A stretch of DNA of 64,000 bases from Narcine bancroftii (Eukaryota). Positions 47,938 to 62,062 of the stretch are shown one piece after another. Each line of letters opens with the position of its first letter. The first letter of the stretch is position 1. The notes beneath the pieces were generated by a model that was not told the DNA's origin, made no database searches, and saw only the letters and a list, made by a program, of their open reading frames with translations. Location of the stretch: contig NC_091480.1 of the NCBI RefSeq assembly GCF_036971445.1, positions 62,372,001 through 62,436,000 of the forward strand. The letters run 5' to 3'. The translations under genes were made by a program, and so were the position numbers.

Positions 47938-48167
47938 TTAATTTAGACATACAGCACGGTAACAGGCCATTTTGGCCCACAAGTCCATGCCGCTCCATTT
48001 ACACCCCCAGTACGTTTTGAACGGTGGGAGGAAACTGGAGCCCCCAGGGAAAACCCACGCAGACACAGGAAGAACGTACAAATTCCTTACAGGCAGCGTG
48101 GGATTCGAACCCTAGTCCCAATCGCTGCCACTGTAAAGGCGCTGCGCTAACCGCTATACCAATCATG
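47938..48167 (-). mobile_element. Well-preserved V-SINE-like element
   Basis: A-box-like TGGTATAGCGGTT, B box GGTTCGAATCC, V domain and CR1-like tail. Confidence 0.88.
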
Positions 48168-48549
48168 TTCTCTCTTTCAGCCTCACCCATCTGACAAGTG
48201 CAGTAAAATTTTATAAAATTTCTTCATTATTCATTGTCCAGTCCAGAATACATTTGCTATAATTCTTCTCGTGTCTAAAACAGAGGAACCGCTTGACCTT
48301 GGCTGATCATGGTCAACTAAACTACAGCAATATGGACTTCCATGAAATTTAGGATCATACAACAATGAAAACAGGACCTTCAACTCAACTTGCCTATGCT
48401 GACCAAAATGTTCCACTTGCCTGAATGTGGGCCATGTATCTGTCCAAACGTTTCATAAACAGTTCAATAAAGTAAATTGAACCATCTGACTTTAATAGGA
48501 CTCTTGCTGCTACAGTGTGCGTATATATTGCCCCCGGTTACAGATTTCC

Positions 48550-49675
48550 CTTCTCTGAGCAAAAGACAAAAGGCATTCATTTCTATCTATTTCTCTTATG
48601 AGTTTGTAAGAGAATCTATGTGATCACCCCTTATCCACCTGCACTCCAAGGAAAAAGCCCCAGTCTGCTCAACCTCTCTGTGAGGCTCAGGTCCGCATGT
48701 TCTGGCAACATTCTCAATCTTGTCTGCACCCTCTCCAGCTTGATGACCAAAACTAAATACAATACTCCCAATGGGGCCTCAGTAGCACCTTGTACAACTG
48801 TGATGAGACCTCTTAACTCTACTCAATACTCTGATAAAGACCAATGTACCAAAAGACCTTTTGACCATCTACTTGTGATAGCACTTTCAAGGTACTATGG
48901 ACTGTATTCAGAGATACACTCTGTATTCAGAGTGTTCTACAACACTCCACACCCTTTACTGTGCGTATGGGTCCTACCCATGTTAGACCTTCTACAATGC
49001 AGCACCTCACATTTCTCTGTATTAAATTCCATCAACCACTCCTCTGCCCGCCTGATCCTGCTGCAGTCTTTGGCAACTGTCTTCACCATCTAGAATACCA
49101 GACACTTTAGTATCATCCGCAAACTTACTACTCATGCTATGTACCCTCTCATCTAAATGATTGATATCAATGACAAACAGCAATGGGCCCAGCATCTCTG
49201 AGGCACACCACGAGCCACAGGCCTCCAGTCCAAGAAACAACCTTCCACCATCACCCTCTGCTTTCTTCCAAGAAGCCAATTTTCTCTGGTATTTCACAAC
49301 CACGTGTGAGGCTGGTCCACTGGTTATTATACAGGATACTTCACTCCATCAAGGACTTTTGCATGAGGCGGTGCCTTAGGAAAGCAGCCTCGATCCTCAA
49401 AGAACCCCACCACCCAGCCCATGCCCTCTTCACTCTGCTACCATTGGGGAAAAAGGTACAGGAGCCAAAAGGCAAGGACTCAGTGTCACAAGGACAGCTT
49501 CTTCCCCTCCACCATCAGATTCCTGAATAATCAGTGAACCAAAGATCCTTCCTTACTTTTAGTGCAATACTATTTTAATGTTGTAAGATGGTTATAATAT
49601 GAATGTTTGCACTGTGACGCTGCCGAAAAACACCGAATTTCTTGACTTGTTCACGAAAATAAATTCTGATTCTGA
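48550..49675. mobile_element. Minus-strand CR1 RT fragment followed by a plus-strand Rex1-type 3' end
   Basis: LGPLLFVIDINHLD..SKFADDTK on minus; RRCLRKAASILKEPHHPAHALFTLLP on plus with an AATAAATTCTGATTCTGA tail. Confidence 0.8.
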
Positions 49676-50339
49676 TATATGGGCTGTATTAAAAGAATCA
49701 AGAGTCAATGCATTGCAGGGGTAGGATAATCTTGAGCCTGGTACTAGTTATAGCCCTTGCTGGAAAGGGCAACTTTGCAGAAAGGTTGGAACGGTGAGAA
49801 TTAAACCACAACATCTCGAATCACAGGCGACAATACCAAAGCTCAGTGATAAGCATATTACACACCTTAAAAATCACTAATCCTTGGACCGCTCAGACTC
49901 TGGTGCAAATGTTGAGTGTTAATTAGTTCCGAGACAGAGAATTTCAGGCTGGTCTCTAATGGACACACAGCATAAATGATCATAGGAGACAATTACTGTC
50001 AGAGTAGTGCATTAAACATTCTTGCCCATTTCTGAAATTAAATTGTTTCTGTGCAAAATTTTTATTTACTGCTAAAATAGAAAGTTCGAACCAAGGCCCT
50101 TTTCCTTCACGCGTGTTAAACAGCCCATGGCACTCTAACCAATAAGTTAGTTTACCCCATTTGTGGGGATTAAAAATTTGACACTTAACCAAAATCTCTA
50201 AAACATTACCTTTCTTTCAGTAATGGAAAATCAAACTAAAATGTAGATGCTGGGAATCTGAAATAACAGAAAATGCTGAAAAAAAAACAACTCAGGTCAG
50301 ACAGTGGCTGTGGAAAAAGAACGCTTTTTTAAAAAAAAT

Positions 50340-52430
50340 CAAAAACAGATGTAATTCACAATAAATTCTTTACAAAAGGAAAGCTGTTCAAAGTCTCTTT
50401 GCATCCATAGTTTCGTATCCATTCATTTCTATTTACACCATTGCCATTGTGGCATCTTGTTACTCCCCCATTTGCCCAGGTCTCAGCCCTTCAATGCGCA
50501 GTAATGGAAGGACTCTAGACCGTGATTCTTACCTGCAGCACGCTCATGTTGGCTGCACCAAGCCTCAGTGAATCCCTCCACACCTAATCCTGCATCCTAG
50601 AATGTGTCAATCAACAGCATTCCTGTACTGACATCTCAGTCTGCTGAAAGACCAACATCTTTTGGGCAGGCCAAAGGCAGTCTTTCACCAGGTTGATGAT
50701 CTTCCAGCAGTTCTGGATGTCTGACTGTGTGTGTCCCTGGGAACAGCTCGTAGATCAGAGAGTCCTCTGTCACGTTGCTGCTGGGGATGAACTGTGACAA
50801 GGACCCTTGCCTCCTACCCTACAATCTGAGCAAATCTGCATTTTGCAAAGAGGTGGGCAACTATCTCCCCTCCACCCCAGTCATCTTGGGGACAATGTGT
50901 GTTGTGGGTGATGCTCCAGTTATACAGGAAGGATCTGACTGGGAGGGCTCCTCTCACTCAGTGTCTGCAGGACTATCCGTGCTGACTACTGCCTGATGGC
51001 CTTGTAGTCAAAGGTGTTGGTCTGGAAACTTTTCCACAAAGGATATGTAGCAAAGTCCATCTGACTGGGACGTTGCATGGCAATAGGGCCATGCCCTTCC
51101 TTCACAACACCTGAGACAGGTAGAACCTCAGCACATATTTTGGTTCCATGCACAGCCTGATGCAGCCACATGAAGGTGGTCATCAAGATAAAGGTATGCC
51201 CTTCGCCCCATTGACTGGCGATTTGTACATGGCGACCCTTCAGACCTTTTCTATCTTGAATCCCCATATGATCCGGAAGACTGCTCTGGTGACTGCCCTG
51301 CAGAGGTGTGGGGGGCAGGCCACACTGCAGTACTGAGAGTACCTCGCACCTGATGACCAGGTTCCTCCCTGTTGAGAAAGAGCGTTGCTCCCACAGACCC
51401 AATCTCTGGTGGATATTTGCGATTCGCTCTAATTTTTATTGCATGCCTCAACCCATCCAAACCAGATCCCCAATACACTTAGGCGGTCAGATCGGACTGT
51501 GAAAGGAATGGTGGACCGATCATTCCAGTTACTGAAGAGCAATATCTTGCTCTTCTTCTGGTTTACCCTGGCACTCAATATAGACTCAAACTGGCCGCAG
51601 ATGCTGATCCATCCACAGACTGATAGTGTCCAAACAGAAGACGGTGACATAGTCCATGTTCAGGGATGCCTCCACTGCCAGGCCTCTTATGCCCTCGTCC
51701 TTCCTGATGTACAGAACACATATAAGACTGGAAAGCAGGGGCAATCTGCCTGACTCCGTTTATCACCCATTTATTTGGGCTGCACTATGGATGTCCATGT
51801 AGAGCAGTTTAATTCAATTTTGGATTCCCTCCCAAAAGCCCGTTTTGGAGAGCATGTGCATCATGTATGTGTGCGATATCCATTCAAAAGCCTTCTCTTG
51901 GTCTAAGCTGACCAAGCAGGTGTCCACCACCCCCCCCCCCCCCCCCACCCAACCCGACCTGCATGTAGGCAATGGTATCTCTGAACAGTACAAGGCTGTT
52001 AGTGATTTTCCTGCCCCGAACCGTACAGGTTTGCTCTGTCAGACTGAACTCAATTGGCAATGACTATGGACAGGATTTTGTAATCAATATTTAACAATGA
52101 TATGAATCTCCAATTCCTGGTATCCTCTTGTTTGAAGGTGAGGGTGACGATACCCTTCCTCATGGAGTCTGACCTGCTGCCTGTCAGGAGCATAGCATAG
52201 TATACTTTCAGCAGATCCAGTCCTACTCAGTCCCATTCATGAGACATCACTTCTGAGAGATTTACTTGATCCAAAGGAATGGATGGAGTCTGTCAGCTCC
52301 TCCAGGGTAATTGGCAGGTCCAGACTCTCCCACTTGCTGTTCTCTAAGACCTCTGTGATAAAGGACAGGAAGTTTTGGGAGGCCATTCTGTCTGTGGCCT
52401 TACTGTCATACAGTTCAGCATAAATTCAGT
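50340..52430 (-). mobile_element. Tx1-like (L1-clade) LINE remnant
   Basis: Minus strand NWRFISLLNIDYKILS near 52070-52120, ARVNQKKSKILLF and LSVLGIWFG; heavily disrupted. Confidence 0.7.
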
Positions 52431-53239
52431 TCCTGGATCTGACAAAAGTTTGGTTTCTTTTTTCACAGATATTGCCCGACCTGCTAAGTGTGTTAACATT
52501 TTCTGTTTGTGGAATTCTGTTCTGCATGTGATTAACTTAAAAATAACTTTATTGGATCAAAAGCTGTCAAGGTTCTTCAGGGTGATATTATAACGTGTAA
52601 ATCTTCCAAAGAAATGTGTACAAAAAGTTGTGACTGGTCCATGATACCTTAAGGAGTGAAAGACTAAAGTCTTTAGACCTGTGATTGAAGTAAAAACAGA
52701 AATGCTGGGGGAACTCAGCAGGTCTCGCAGCATCCATAGGAAGTAAAGATATCTAACCGTTTCTGGCCTGAGCCCTTGACATTGCGAGACCTTGCTGAGT
52801 TCCTCCAAGATACCTCAAACCAACTTTTAATATCCCAACCCTTAGAACATAAAAGCACATATCAAGTTGTTTTCAATGGACAGTTCTCATAAATCGAAGC
52901 ACTTGTGAATATTTTAAAATGCTTTCTTACCTCTTCTTCAAATAGGAGTTCCAGACTTGAGCCAGGAGTTAATATTTGAAGAAGGTTTTGAACTCCTACT
53001 TGAATAGCTCAAAGAGTTTAAGACTTTATACCCTATTTGAACTCCTATACCTCCACTACATTAATGAATGTGCTGTACTTTAACATCACATTCAAATTGT
53101 AGTTTCTGGTCCCATGCTCTGATAAATTAGTGGAATAGGAGCAAATATTGGATCAATTCAATGAACACAACTGAACAAAAACATGCAAAATATGGAAATT
53201 GAGAACTTGCACACAGAACACCATCCTTGCATCATGACT

Positions 53240-53780
53240 TCCTGCCTTAGAGTACAAAATGAAGGAGGCCATGTTGCAGTAATATAAAACTTTGATCAGG
53301 CTGCACTGTGTGCAGTTCTGGCTTTGGAAAGGGGACAGAAGAGGTTCCCAGGATGTGGCCTGGATTAGAGGATGTGAGTTCTGTGGCAAACTTTGCTTTT
53401 TTTCCCTGAAGCATAAGAGGCTGAGGGGAGATTTGATGGAGGTTTATAAAATGATGAGAGGCAGTCATATGGTGGATAGTCAGAATCTTTTCCCAGAGCA
53501 AAAGCTTCACACACTAGAGGACATGTGTTTAAGGTGAGGGTCTGGAAGTTTAAGTGACAGGTGCAGAGCATTTTTTTAAAATACAGAGTGGTGGGTGTCT
53601 GCAATGGACTGCCAGGAGTAGTGGTGGAAGCAGATACAATAGCAGTTTATTCTAGATAGGCACATGAACATGAAGGGACTGAGGGAGCAAACATCAGAAT
53701 TTTAGCTTGATTTGGACATTGTGATCAGTATGTGGGCTGAAGGGCCCAATTCTGGTGTTGTACAGTTCCATGTTTTATCT
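53240..53780 (+). mobile_element. CR1 3' fragment
   Basis: FSLKHKRLRGDLMEVYKMMRG..DSQNLFP. Confidence 0.8.
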
Positions 53781-54746
53781 CGAAGTTTTGAGCTTGACTG
53801 TAGCCTGAATAATCAAGGAGGGCAAAACTTTGTGTTTAGAGCAAGAATCCGAAGTGAAACAATAAACTATAACAAGATTTCAGCCCCTGCACATTCACTT
53901 AACAAAACTTTACATCATGACTTCACAAAATTTGAAATCTTCACAAACAATAACACTGCCAATATTTAGCAGATCACCGATAACCAACCTCATTTCACTG
54001 AGGATCCTTCCACATTTTGCAGTTATGTAAATAGGGTTAGCTACTGAACAGTGACAGGCACAAGTGTTAGATTAAAAAAATTTCAGTAGTTATGCCATCC
54101 AACACCTTAGGTTCAACATCTTCAAAAAGGTATTTATATGCCTCTATTTGAGCTCACACTCCATATGGAGAGCACCCTCACCACAGGAAATAGTTCATTG
54201 TAGCAGCCACGTATCTACAAAATCTGCTTACAGCAATAAGGATTCGATGGATCAAATGAAGGGCAATGTAAAAGAGCCACTGAGACTGATCCTACTTTCC
54301 AGATTTCAACTTGTATTTATTAAGTGGTTACCTCAAGCAAACATCAGAAACCTGACTCAAATATTTAGCTGCTTAATTTCTGGTTTGCTTTACAAGGCCC
54401 CCATCTGTTTCCTCAGGTTGGTCGAGTTTTTTTCATCAAGGGAGCTTATCAGATCAATGTTTAATGTTTAGACAACATCCAAAGCAAATGATCTCCTCTA
54501 TTATTTGTTAGAATTTGCTGTGCGCAAAATGACTGCTGAGTGTTTTGCATTACACCTCAAAAGTACTTTATTGGCCACAAACCACTTTCCCAAGGCTATG
54601 AAAGGAGCTATACACATGCAGGCAAAGCAATAGGAGTTCAGTTTTAATTGAGATTTAAAGATACAGTATGGTTGCTGAGAATATTGTGTCATTTTTAAAT
54701 ACTTTTTTTAAACAAAGAAAAATACAGTTTGGTGATGCAATCTGCA

Positions 54747-54752
54747 TTTATT
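54747..54752 (-). terminator. Candidate DNAJC14 polyadenylation signal
   Basis: AATAAA on the minus strand with a U/GU-rich tract downstream, after ~1.2 kb of repeat-free AT-rich UTR-like sequence; other AATAAA sites exist (e.g. ~55524). Confidence 0.4.
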
Positions 54753-55990
54753 TTTACTCCTAATAAAGTTCTAGCTAACAAAAATTGTGTGGAATCTGCA
54801 AGCCTTTTTAAATCAAAAGAATGGAGGTCCATTGGGTGAACCCATCAAATAACATCAAATAAAATTGCTCAAAACTGTAACTTCAACAATGGTCAGCAGA
54901 ACTTTTACAACTTACAAACTTCTACATCGAACAGTCTTGCCATTAAAAGGTAATAAGTTGTCAATTACTTATTCAACCTCAAATATCTTGTCAATTGATG
55001 ATAGGGTGGGGACAAGATCAAATAAATAAACTTCCCATTCACACCTCATTGAATGATGAACATATGATGCAAAGGCTGGATCGAGAGAGTTCCAGTGTTG
55101 ACCCCTGAGTACCTCATTTGGGTTGCAAGGCACTTCATATTTGTGTTCAATTGTACTAAGAATTCTGAAAACATCAATGTAACATGTTTCCTCTTGCTAC
55201 TGCTTAATACTTGTGTAATTACTATGAAAGAGAATATCACCCTTGTTGATGAATTTTGTTAAATTCAATTAGGGAACTGAAGAAGGAGAAAGGAGGGGAG
55301 ACAGACATTACAATAGCAAGAGACAGCAAAATAAGCACAACTCAATTTTTCTATTTATGGTAGAGTTATCAAAGGTTCATAAGACTTGCGAATAATTTCT
55401 GCAGCACAGTAAATTATCCAATATTTATTTTTTTAAGAAATTCAATCTCATCTCTCAAATCACAATAAGTGTCCCAATTTTGCATTTAAATTATTTTCTG
55501 GTTTCTTTTTTAATATAAAGTGCTTTATTTTAAAAAGAAAAGGCTCATCATACGGTGGAACTCAGGCTATCAGCCAAGCACAATGTTTCGTCTGTTCCTT
55601 TTCCATTCCAAATGTTTCCTCATTAAAAGCGGTCAGGAAGATGTATGACCTTGGGGAAAGGAAGTGCTGAAAAACGGAACATTTCAGAAAGTTGCCAAGC
55701 ATGGAAAAATAATAAAGCATTTTTTAAAAAAGTCTAATTTTCCATTCTAACTGTTGAAACCAGAAATTAATTTGTTTTTACCTAACAAATTAGAAAGCAA
55801 AGCCCTCTTAAGATCACCTTGGTTCCCACTGTATAGCCAAATTAAAATGTTAAAAATGAGTTAAAGTCTATTAATTTGATTCAATAAGAGGACTTATTTA
55901 TCTTTGTTCTAATCTAGAATTAAGTTTGACCCTCTCAGTCAGACTGCTATCTAGCTGACTACTGAGATTTTTTTAAAGCAGATACAAGGC

Positions 55991-56198
55991 TTAGTGTGGG
56001 AATGTTCGTCGCACCTTCTTCCTTCTTTTTTGCTTTGAGTCTGTTCTCTGTGTGGGCTCTTCTTTTGCCTGACCATTGGACCCCGTTTGTGATGGGTAAA
56101 AGGAGCTCATGTTGGACTCTGGTGCAGCTCCCCAGAAAATCTTGCTCAAAAATTCTTGGATGTCAGCAGGAGAACTTGGGCCATTTTCGAAGCCAGCT
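55991..56198 (-). CDS. DNAJC14: DnaJ homolog subfamily C member 14, terminal coding exon
   Basis: Acceptor tttttctgtgtag; (R)AGFENGPSSPADIQEFLSKIF...KQKRRKKVRRTFPH*, matching the DNAJC14 C-terminus (PADLQDFLSRIF..KRRKKVRRPF). Confidence 0.92.
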
Positions 56199-56974
56199 CT
56201 ACACAGAAAAAAAAAGTTACGGAACAATTTTTTAAACCACCTCTTCAAATGACAATATTCTCATACAATAGACTGTCAAAATCCTTAACCACAAGCAGAC
56301 TATGCACTATAACCAGAAGGTTTCCTAATTCACTGGTATGGACCACACAACATACTCATGAAAAGCAAAAAGATGGCTGTTTCTTCACCAACACCTTGTA
56401 ATGCTCATACGTATTGGATGAGGCTACCTCCTGCACTCTCTACCTGGAACATCCAACAGTGAAGCGTCACTCCTATTTCTGCCACAAAAATTTACATCAA
56501 TTATATTAACTGCAATCTACAAACCACCCTGCATGAATACCTTCATCAATAAGTGTGTGGAAGACTGTGTGACCAAGAAGACAATGGTTGGAGGTGCTGT
56601 GGATAGTGTTGAAGGTTGTCATAGATTATAGTTGATATAGACAAGAGGTAGAGTTGGGAGGAAAAGTGACAGATGGAGTTCAAGGAGTTCAAAATGTCCT
56701 AGACCCCCAAAAAAAACCCTGATGGAAGTCATATACAGGCTTCCAAATAGCTGCCAGGATGTGGGATGCAAATTACAACAAGAGTTGGATATGTTCAAAA
56801 GGGAGTTAGCTAAGGCTCTTGTGGGCAGGGGAGTTAAAGGTTATGGGGATAAGGCAGGGAATGGATACTGACAGAGAATGAATGATCAGCCACAATCAGA
56901 AAAAATGGCGGTGCTGGCTCGACGGGCCAATTGGCCTACTCCAGCACCTACTGTCTATTTTCTATTGTCTATAA

Positions 56975-57112
56975 AATAAAACACAAAAGTCTGCAGACAC
57001 CGTGGTTGAAATAAAAACATAATGCTGGAGAAACTCAGTTCAAACAGCGTACTTTATGTAGCACAGATAAAGGTACATAACCAACGTTTCAGGCTTGAGC
57101 CCTTCATCAAGG
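56975..57112 (-). mobile_element. Solo Penelope pLTR-like unit with a minimal hammerhead-like motif
   Basis: Minus strand CCTTGATGAAGGGCTCAAGCCTGAAACGTTGGTTATG...TGAGTTTCTCCAGCATT...TCTGCAGACTTTTGTG. Confidence 0.65.
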
Positions 57113-57129
57113 CATTCCCCCGGACAAAA

Positions 57130-60100
57130 GGCATGCAACAAAGGCAATATTACAGTGGTTGGTGGGGGGGGGGGGGGGGGGGGGGAGGGGGGTGTGGAGC
57201 TTCAATCTGCAGGTAGACTAGGAAAATCAGGTTGGTGCTAGATCCCTAGAGAAGGAATTAGTGAAATGCCTATGAGAGGGCTTTTAGAGCACCTTGTGAT
57301 TGAGCCCATTAGGGAAAAGGCAATTTGGATTTGGTGCTGTGCAAAGACCAGATTTGATGAGAGAACTAAAGGAACCTTTGGGAGGTAGTGATCACAATAT
57401 CATAGAATTCACTCTGTAGCACAAGAAGGGGAAGCTACAATCGGATGTGTTGGTATTACAGTTGAGTTTAGATAATGGATATATGACTGGAAGGGAACCC
57501 CAGTAGAAACAATGGTAGATCAGCAATGGCAGGTGTTTCTGGGAATAATTCAAAAGATGCAGGATCATTTCACCCTAAAAAAAAGAAGCGTTTTAAAGAG
57601 AAGAATAAACAACTGGCTGACAAGGGAAGTCAAATTCAGCAGAAAAGCAAAAGAGAAGGCATATGGTATTGCAAAAATTAGCGGGAAGCTGGAGGAATCT
57701 TTTAAAACCACCAGAAGGCAACAAAAAAAGCAAAAAGGGGACAAAAGATGAAAGTAACCTAGCCAATAACATATAAAAGGACATCAAAACTTTCAGAAAT
57801 ATAAAGAGGCAAGAGTGGACATTGAACCGCTGAAGAAGTGGGAATGGGGAACAAAGAAATGGCGGATGAACTGAACGGTATTTTGTGTCAGTCTTTACAG
57901 TGGAAGATACCAGCAACTTGCCAGAAATTAGAGAGTCAGGGGACAGAAGTGAGTGTAGTCACTATCACTAAGATGCTTGGGAAGCTGAAGTGGATAAGTC
58001 ACCTGAACCAGATGTTTTGTACCCCAGTGTTCTGAAGAAGAGAGCTGAAGAGATTGTGAATGCATTTGTAGTGATCTTTCAAGAATCACTGGAGTCAGGA
58101 ATAGTTCCAGAGGACTGGAAAATTGCAAATGCCTCTCCACTCTATAAGGGAGAGAGGCAAAAGACATGCAACTATAGGCCGGTTAGCCTGACTTCAATGG
58201 TTGGCAAGATTCCAGAGTCCATAATTAAGGATGAGGTTTCGGGGTACTTGAAAGCACAAGATAAAATGGGCAGAAGTTAGCACGGTTTCCTTCAGGGGAG
58301 ATCTTGCCTGACAAATCTGTTGGGAGTTTTTTGAGGAAGTAACAAGTAACAAGCAGGACAGACAAAGGAGAGTTGGTGGATGTTGTTTACTTGGATTTTC
58401 AGAAGGCCAGTGACAAAGTGTCACACACGAGGCTGCAGGTAGAGTGTATGGTGTTGTGAGAAAGGTACGAGCGTGAGTGGAAGATTGGCTGGCTGACAGA
58501 AGGCAAAGTGTGGGAATAAAGGGGGCCTTTTCTGGCCAGGTGCCAGTGACTAGTGGTATCCTGCAGGAGTTGTCATTAGGTCTGCTACTTTTCATGCTGT
58601 AATGTAAATGATTTAGATGAAATTAATGACTTTGTGGGCAAGTTTGCAGATGATACAAAGATAGGTGGATGGGCGGGTAGTGTTGAGGAAGTAGGGAGTT
58701 AGACAGGTTAAGAGAATGGGCAAAGAAGTGGGAGATGAAATACAGCACGGGGAAGTGTATGGCTGCGCACTTTGGTTGAAGGAATGAAGTAGACTGTTTT
58801 CTAAATGGGGAGAGAATTCAGAAAGCAGAGGTCCAAATGGACTTGGGAGTTCTCATACAGGATTCCTTGAAGGTTCACTTGCAGGTTGAGTCTGTAGTAA
58901 GGAAAACAAATGCAATATTGCCATTCATTTTGAGAGGACTATAAATATAACTATATATAACAATTACAGTATGGAAGCAGGCCATCTCGGCCCCTCTAGT
59001 CCGCACCGATTTAAATAATCTCCTCTAGTCCCACCTACCTGCTCCCTGTCAATAACCCTCCAATCCCCTCACATCCATGCATTTATCCAACCTTCTCTTA
59101 AATGACGACATTGACCCTGCTGCAACACCTCTTCCAGAAGGCAAATATGTAATGCCGAGGCTATATAAGGTGTTGGTCAGACACATCTGGAGTATTATAA
59201 AAAGCAAAACACGAAAATTTGTAGACACCATGGTTGAAGTAAAAACACAATGCTGGAGAAACTCAGTAGATCAAACAGTGTCCTTTATGTAGCAAAGGTA
59301 AAAATACATAACTGACGTTTCAGGCTTGAGCCCTTCAAGGAAATGGAAAATATCGGCAGGGGTCTGAACCAGAGTATGGTGGGGCTTGGTTGCAAAGGCA
59401 AGAGGTAATATGTGGAGAAGGGAGGGAGTGGACAGCAGCGAGCAAGGGGAGGAGAGATGGCTAGGTGAGTAGAGAGGGAAGTTGGGGTGGGGGGAGGTAA
59501 GCTGGCAGGGGGAAGGGAAAGGGGAGGGTTTCTGAGGGTTAGAGGGTTGGGGAGAAAGGGGTAGATGGGATGGAATAGGGAGAGGTGTAGGGGGATAAGG
59601 AAGGGTAAAGAGTAGTAAACGGGATGGGTGAGTGGTATCCAGCAATGAGAACTGGACTATAGTAGGAGTCTATGTCGGAGCCACGTGGTTGGAGTCAGTG
59701 TGGGAAGCTCCGGCCTGAGGGCGGGTGGGGCTCAGGTGAGAGTTGGCGGCATCAGGATCTCCTGTAGGTAGGCGGAATGGATCAACCCTTCCCTTCCCCC
59801 TTCCAGATCTCCTTCCCCCTTCCCTCTCTACTAACCCAGCCATCCCTCCTCCCCTGCGCGCTGCTGTCCCTTCTTCACTTATAACCTCCTGCTTTTGCGA
59901 CCACGCCTCCCTCCTTCTGTTTTGTTCGGAGCCTTTGATGGCTCTGAGCCTGCAGTCGCTGAAATTTAGAAGGACGGGGGGCGGTTGGGTGGATCACATT
60001 GAAACATTCCCACTATTGAAAGGGCTGGGTAGATTGGGCGCGGAGATGTTTCCAGTAGTGGGAGAGTCTGGGACCAGAGGGCACAGCCTCAGGATAAAAG

Positions 60101-60355
60101 GACATCCTTCTAGAAGAGAGATGAGAAGCTTCTTCAGCTAGAAGGGAAAAACTCTGTGGAATTTGTTGCCACAGATGGCTGTGGAGGCCACATCACTGGG
60201 TAGATTTAAAGCAGAGCATGATCAGTAAGGATGTCAAAGATTATGGGGAGAAGGCAGGAGAATGGGGTTGAATGGAAAAAATACATCAGCAATGATTTGA
60301 ATGGGGGAAACAGATTCGATGGACTTAATAGCCTAATCCTGCTCCTACATCTTAC
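57130..60355 (+). mobile_element. Degenerate CR1 LINE with nested CR1 3' end and Penelope-like insertions
   Basis: DKSPEPD..PEDWKIAN..NYRPVSLTSMVGK and KFADDTK; the 3' part resumes near 59930 after inserts at ~58945-59930. Confidence 0.8.
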
Positions 60356-60539
60356 AGTGTAATGATCTTTGCTAAGCCCTGCATCCTGTCTAAATTCCAT
60401 TGTAACTTATGACAACCTTCCACATCTTGCCTTCATATCATCTGCAAACTTATTAACCCACCCTCCACTTGATCACATAAAAATGAGAGTGAAAACAGTT
60501 GGAAGATCAATAATGATTGTACCGAGCTTTCTTACTCAC

Positions 60540-60642
60540 CGATGTTGACCACCGGCTCCACAAGTTCTTGTAGCAAAAGATATATGGCAATGAACGTGAT
60601 GTTTATCAGGAGATATTCTTACCTTCTGACACCCAGCCCATT
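60540..60642 (-). CDS. DNAJC14: DNAJC14 penultimate coding exon
   Basis: Acceptor ctttttag; (E)[33 protein letters not shown](R); donor gtgagt; 103 nt with phases matching both neighbours. Confidence 0.92.
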
Positions 60643-62062
60643 CTAAAAAGAAGAAAAAGAAGTTATTCAAGTTGTAACTTGATACCTTGATGAAGGGCTC
60701 AAACTCAAAACATTGATGTATTTTTACCTTTGCAAGATAAAAAACACTATTTGACCTGCCGAGTTTCCCCAGCATTGTGTTTACTTTAACCATGGGGTTT
60801 ACAGATTTTCATGTTTTACTTGTGACTGTGTGTGACTTGAGTTCACCAAATTCTCTTCCAAAAGATCAGAGAAAAATATGAAGGCAATGTCACAATGGTT
60901 GAGGTAATGAAAGAAATCCAGGTACTTTGTATCATTCTATATCCCAGCCAAGGAGGTGTGGGTGTCCCAACCCCACCTGTTACCCACTTGCTTCCTAACC
61001 ACCCATTTGAAAGTGAATTACAAAATGGAAATTGATTGATGTTCAGGCATTAAGAAAGTAGAATCAAATCTGGTAAACATGGCTCACTTAATTCTATGTT
61101 GGGAACAAGTTCAAGGAACTGGATGATCTTTTCCTGGTCCTATGAACCATTCTGAGTTTCCTTCACACTATTGCCAAGCCACCACTTTGTATCTAATGGC
61201 TTGATCCATAAATCCATCCAAATGTCTTTAGAATGTCAAAATTGTGTCCCCTTCTGCAGGAGAAACACGCCCCCCCCCCACCACTCAAAATTAAAGTTGT
61301 CCCTCAGGTCCCTCTTGAATCTTTCTCCACTCACCTTAAACCCACGTCCTTTAATTAAAAAATCAGCTACCCTTTAGTTCAAAAATCAGCTACCCTTATC
61401 CACACCCCTTGTGAATTTATAAACCTTTATAAGGTCACCCCTCAGCCTCCTATGCTGTCGGTATAACCTGTATAAAAAAAGAGGTGAGGCAGAAGCTAGG
61501 AAGTGAAAGGCAGATCCAATTCAGGGGTTAATGGACAGACGGAGTCAGATGGGGGAAGATAATGACAGAGCTGGGAGGTGAGATGCTCTAGAATACAATT
61601 TTAGCTAGATTCTCCAGAACCACTTTCAGAAACACTCAAGAGTTTGCTGTCATGGAAGAGCTGTAATTTCCATCAACATTTCTTCTCATTCAGCAGAAAA
61701 CAAGTGCTCTAGCCTGTTCAGAGAAATGACATCATTTCAGTTTCAACCAACAGCAGGTCATTTTGTATGTTTTAGTGTTGACTTTCGTTTCACAAAAACA
61801 GAGGAAGCACCTGTTGACAATCATAGGCCTAAGATATTTATGTCGAGTTAAATGGAATATAGAGCACAGACAGAAATCAGGAGCCAGTGATCTACACTGG
61901 TGTCTATGCTCCACAAAAACACTGCTGGAGTAACCAGGCAGCTAGCTTTATGCAACACATTATTTCCAAATTGGCAATGCACACAAAGGTCGAAAGATAC
62001 CATTTTTTTTTCTTAATCCAACATGCTGGAACTATATCAAGACAGCTTTAAATTTTTAATAC

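Noticed and set aside
59271-60141. Pro/Ser-rich ORFs
   Set aside because: Translations of purine/pyrimidine-skewed Penelope-associated low-complexity DNA.
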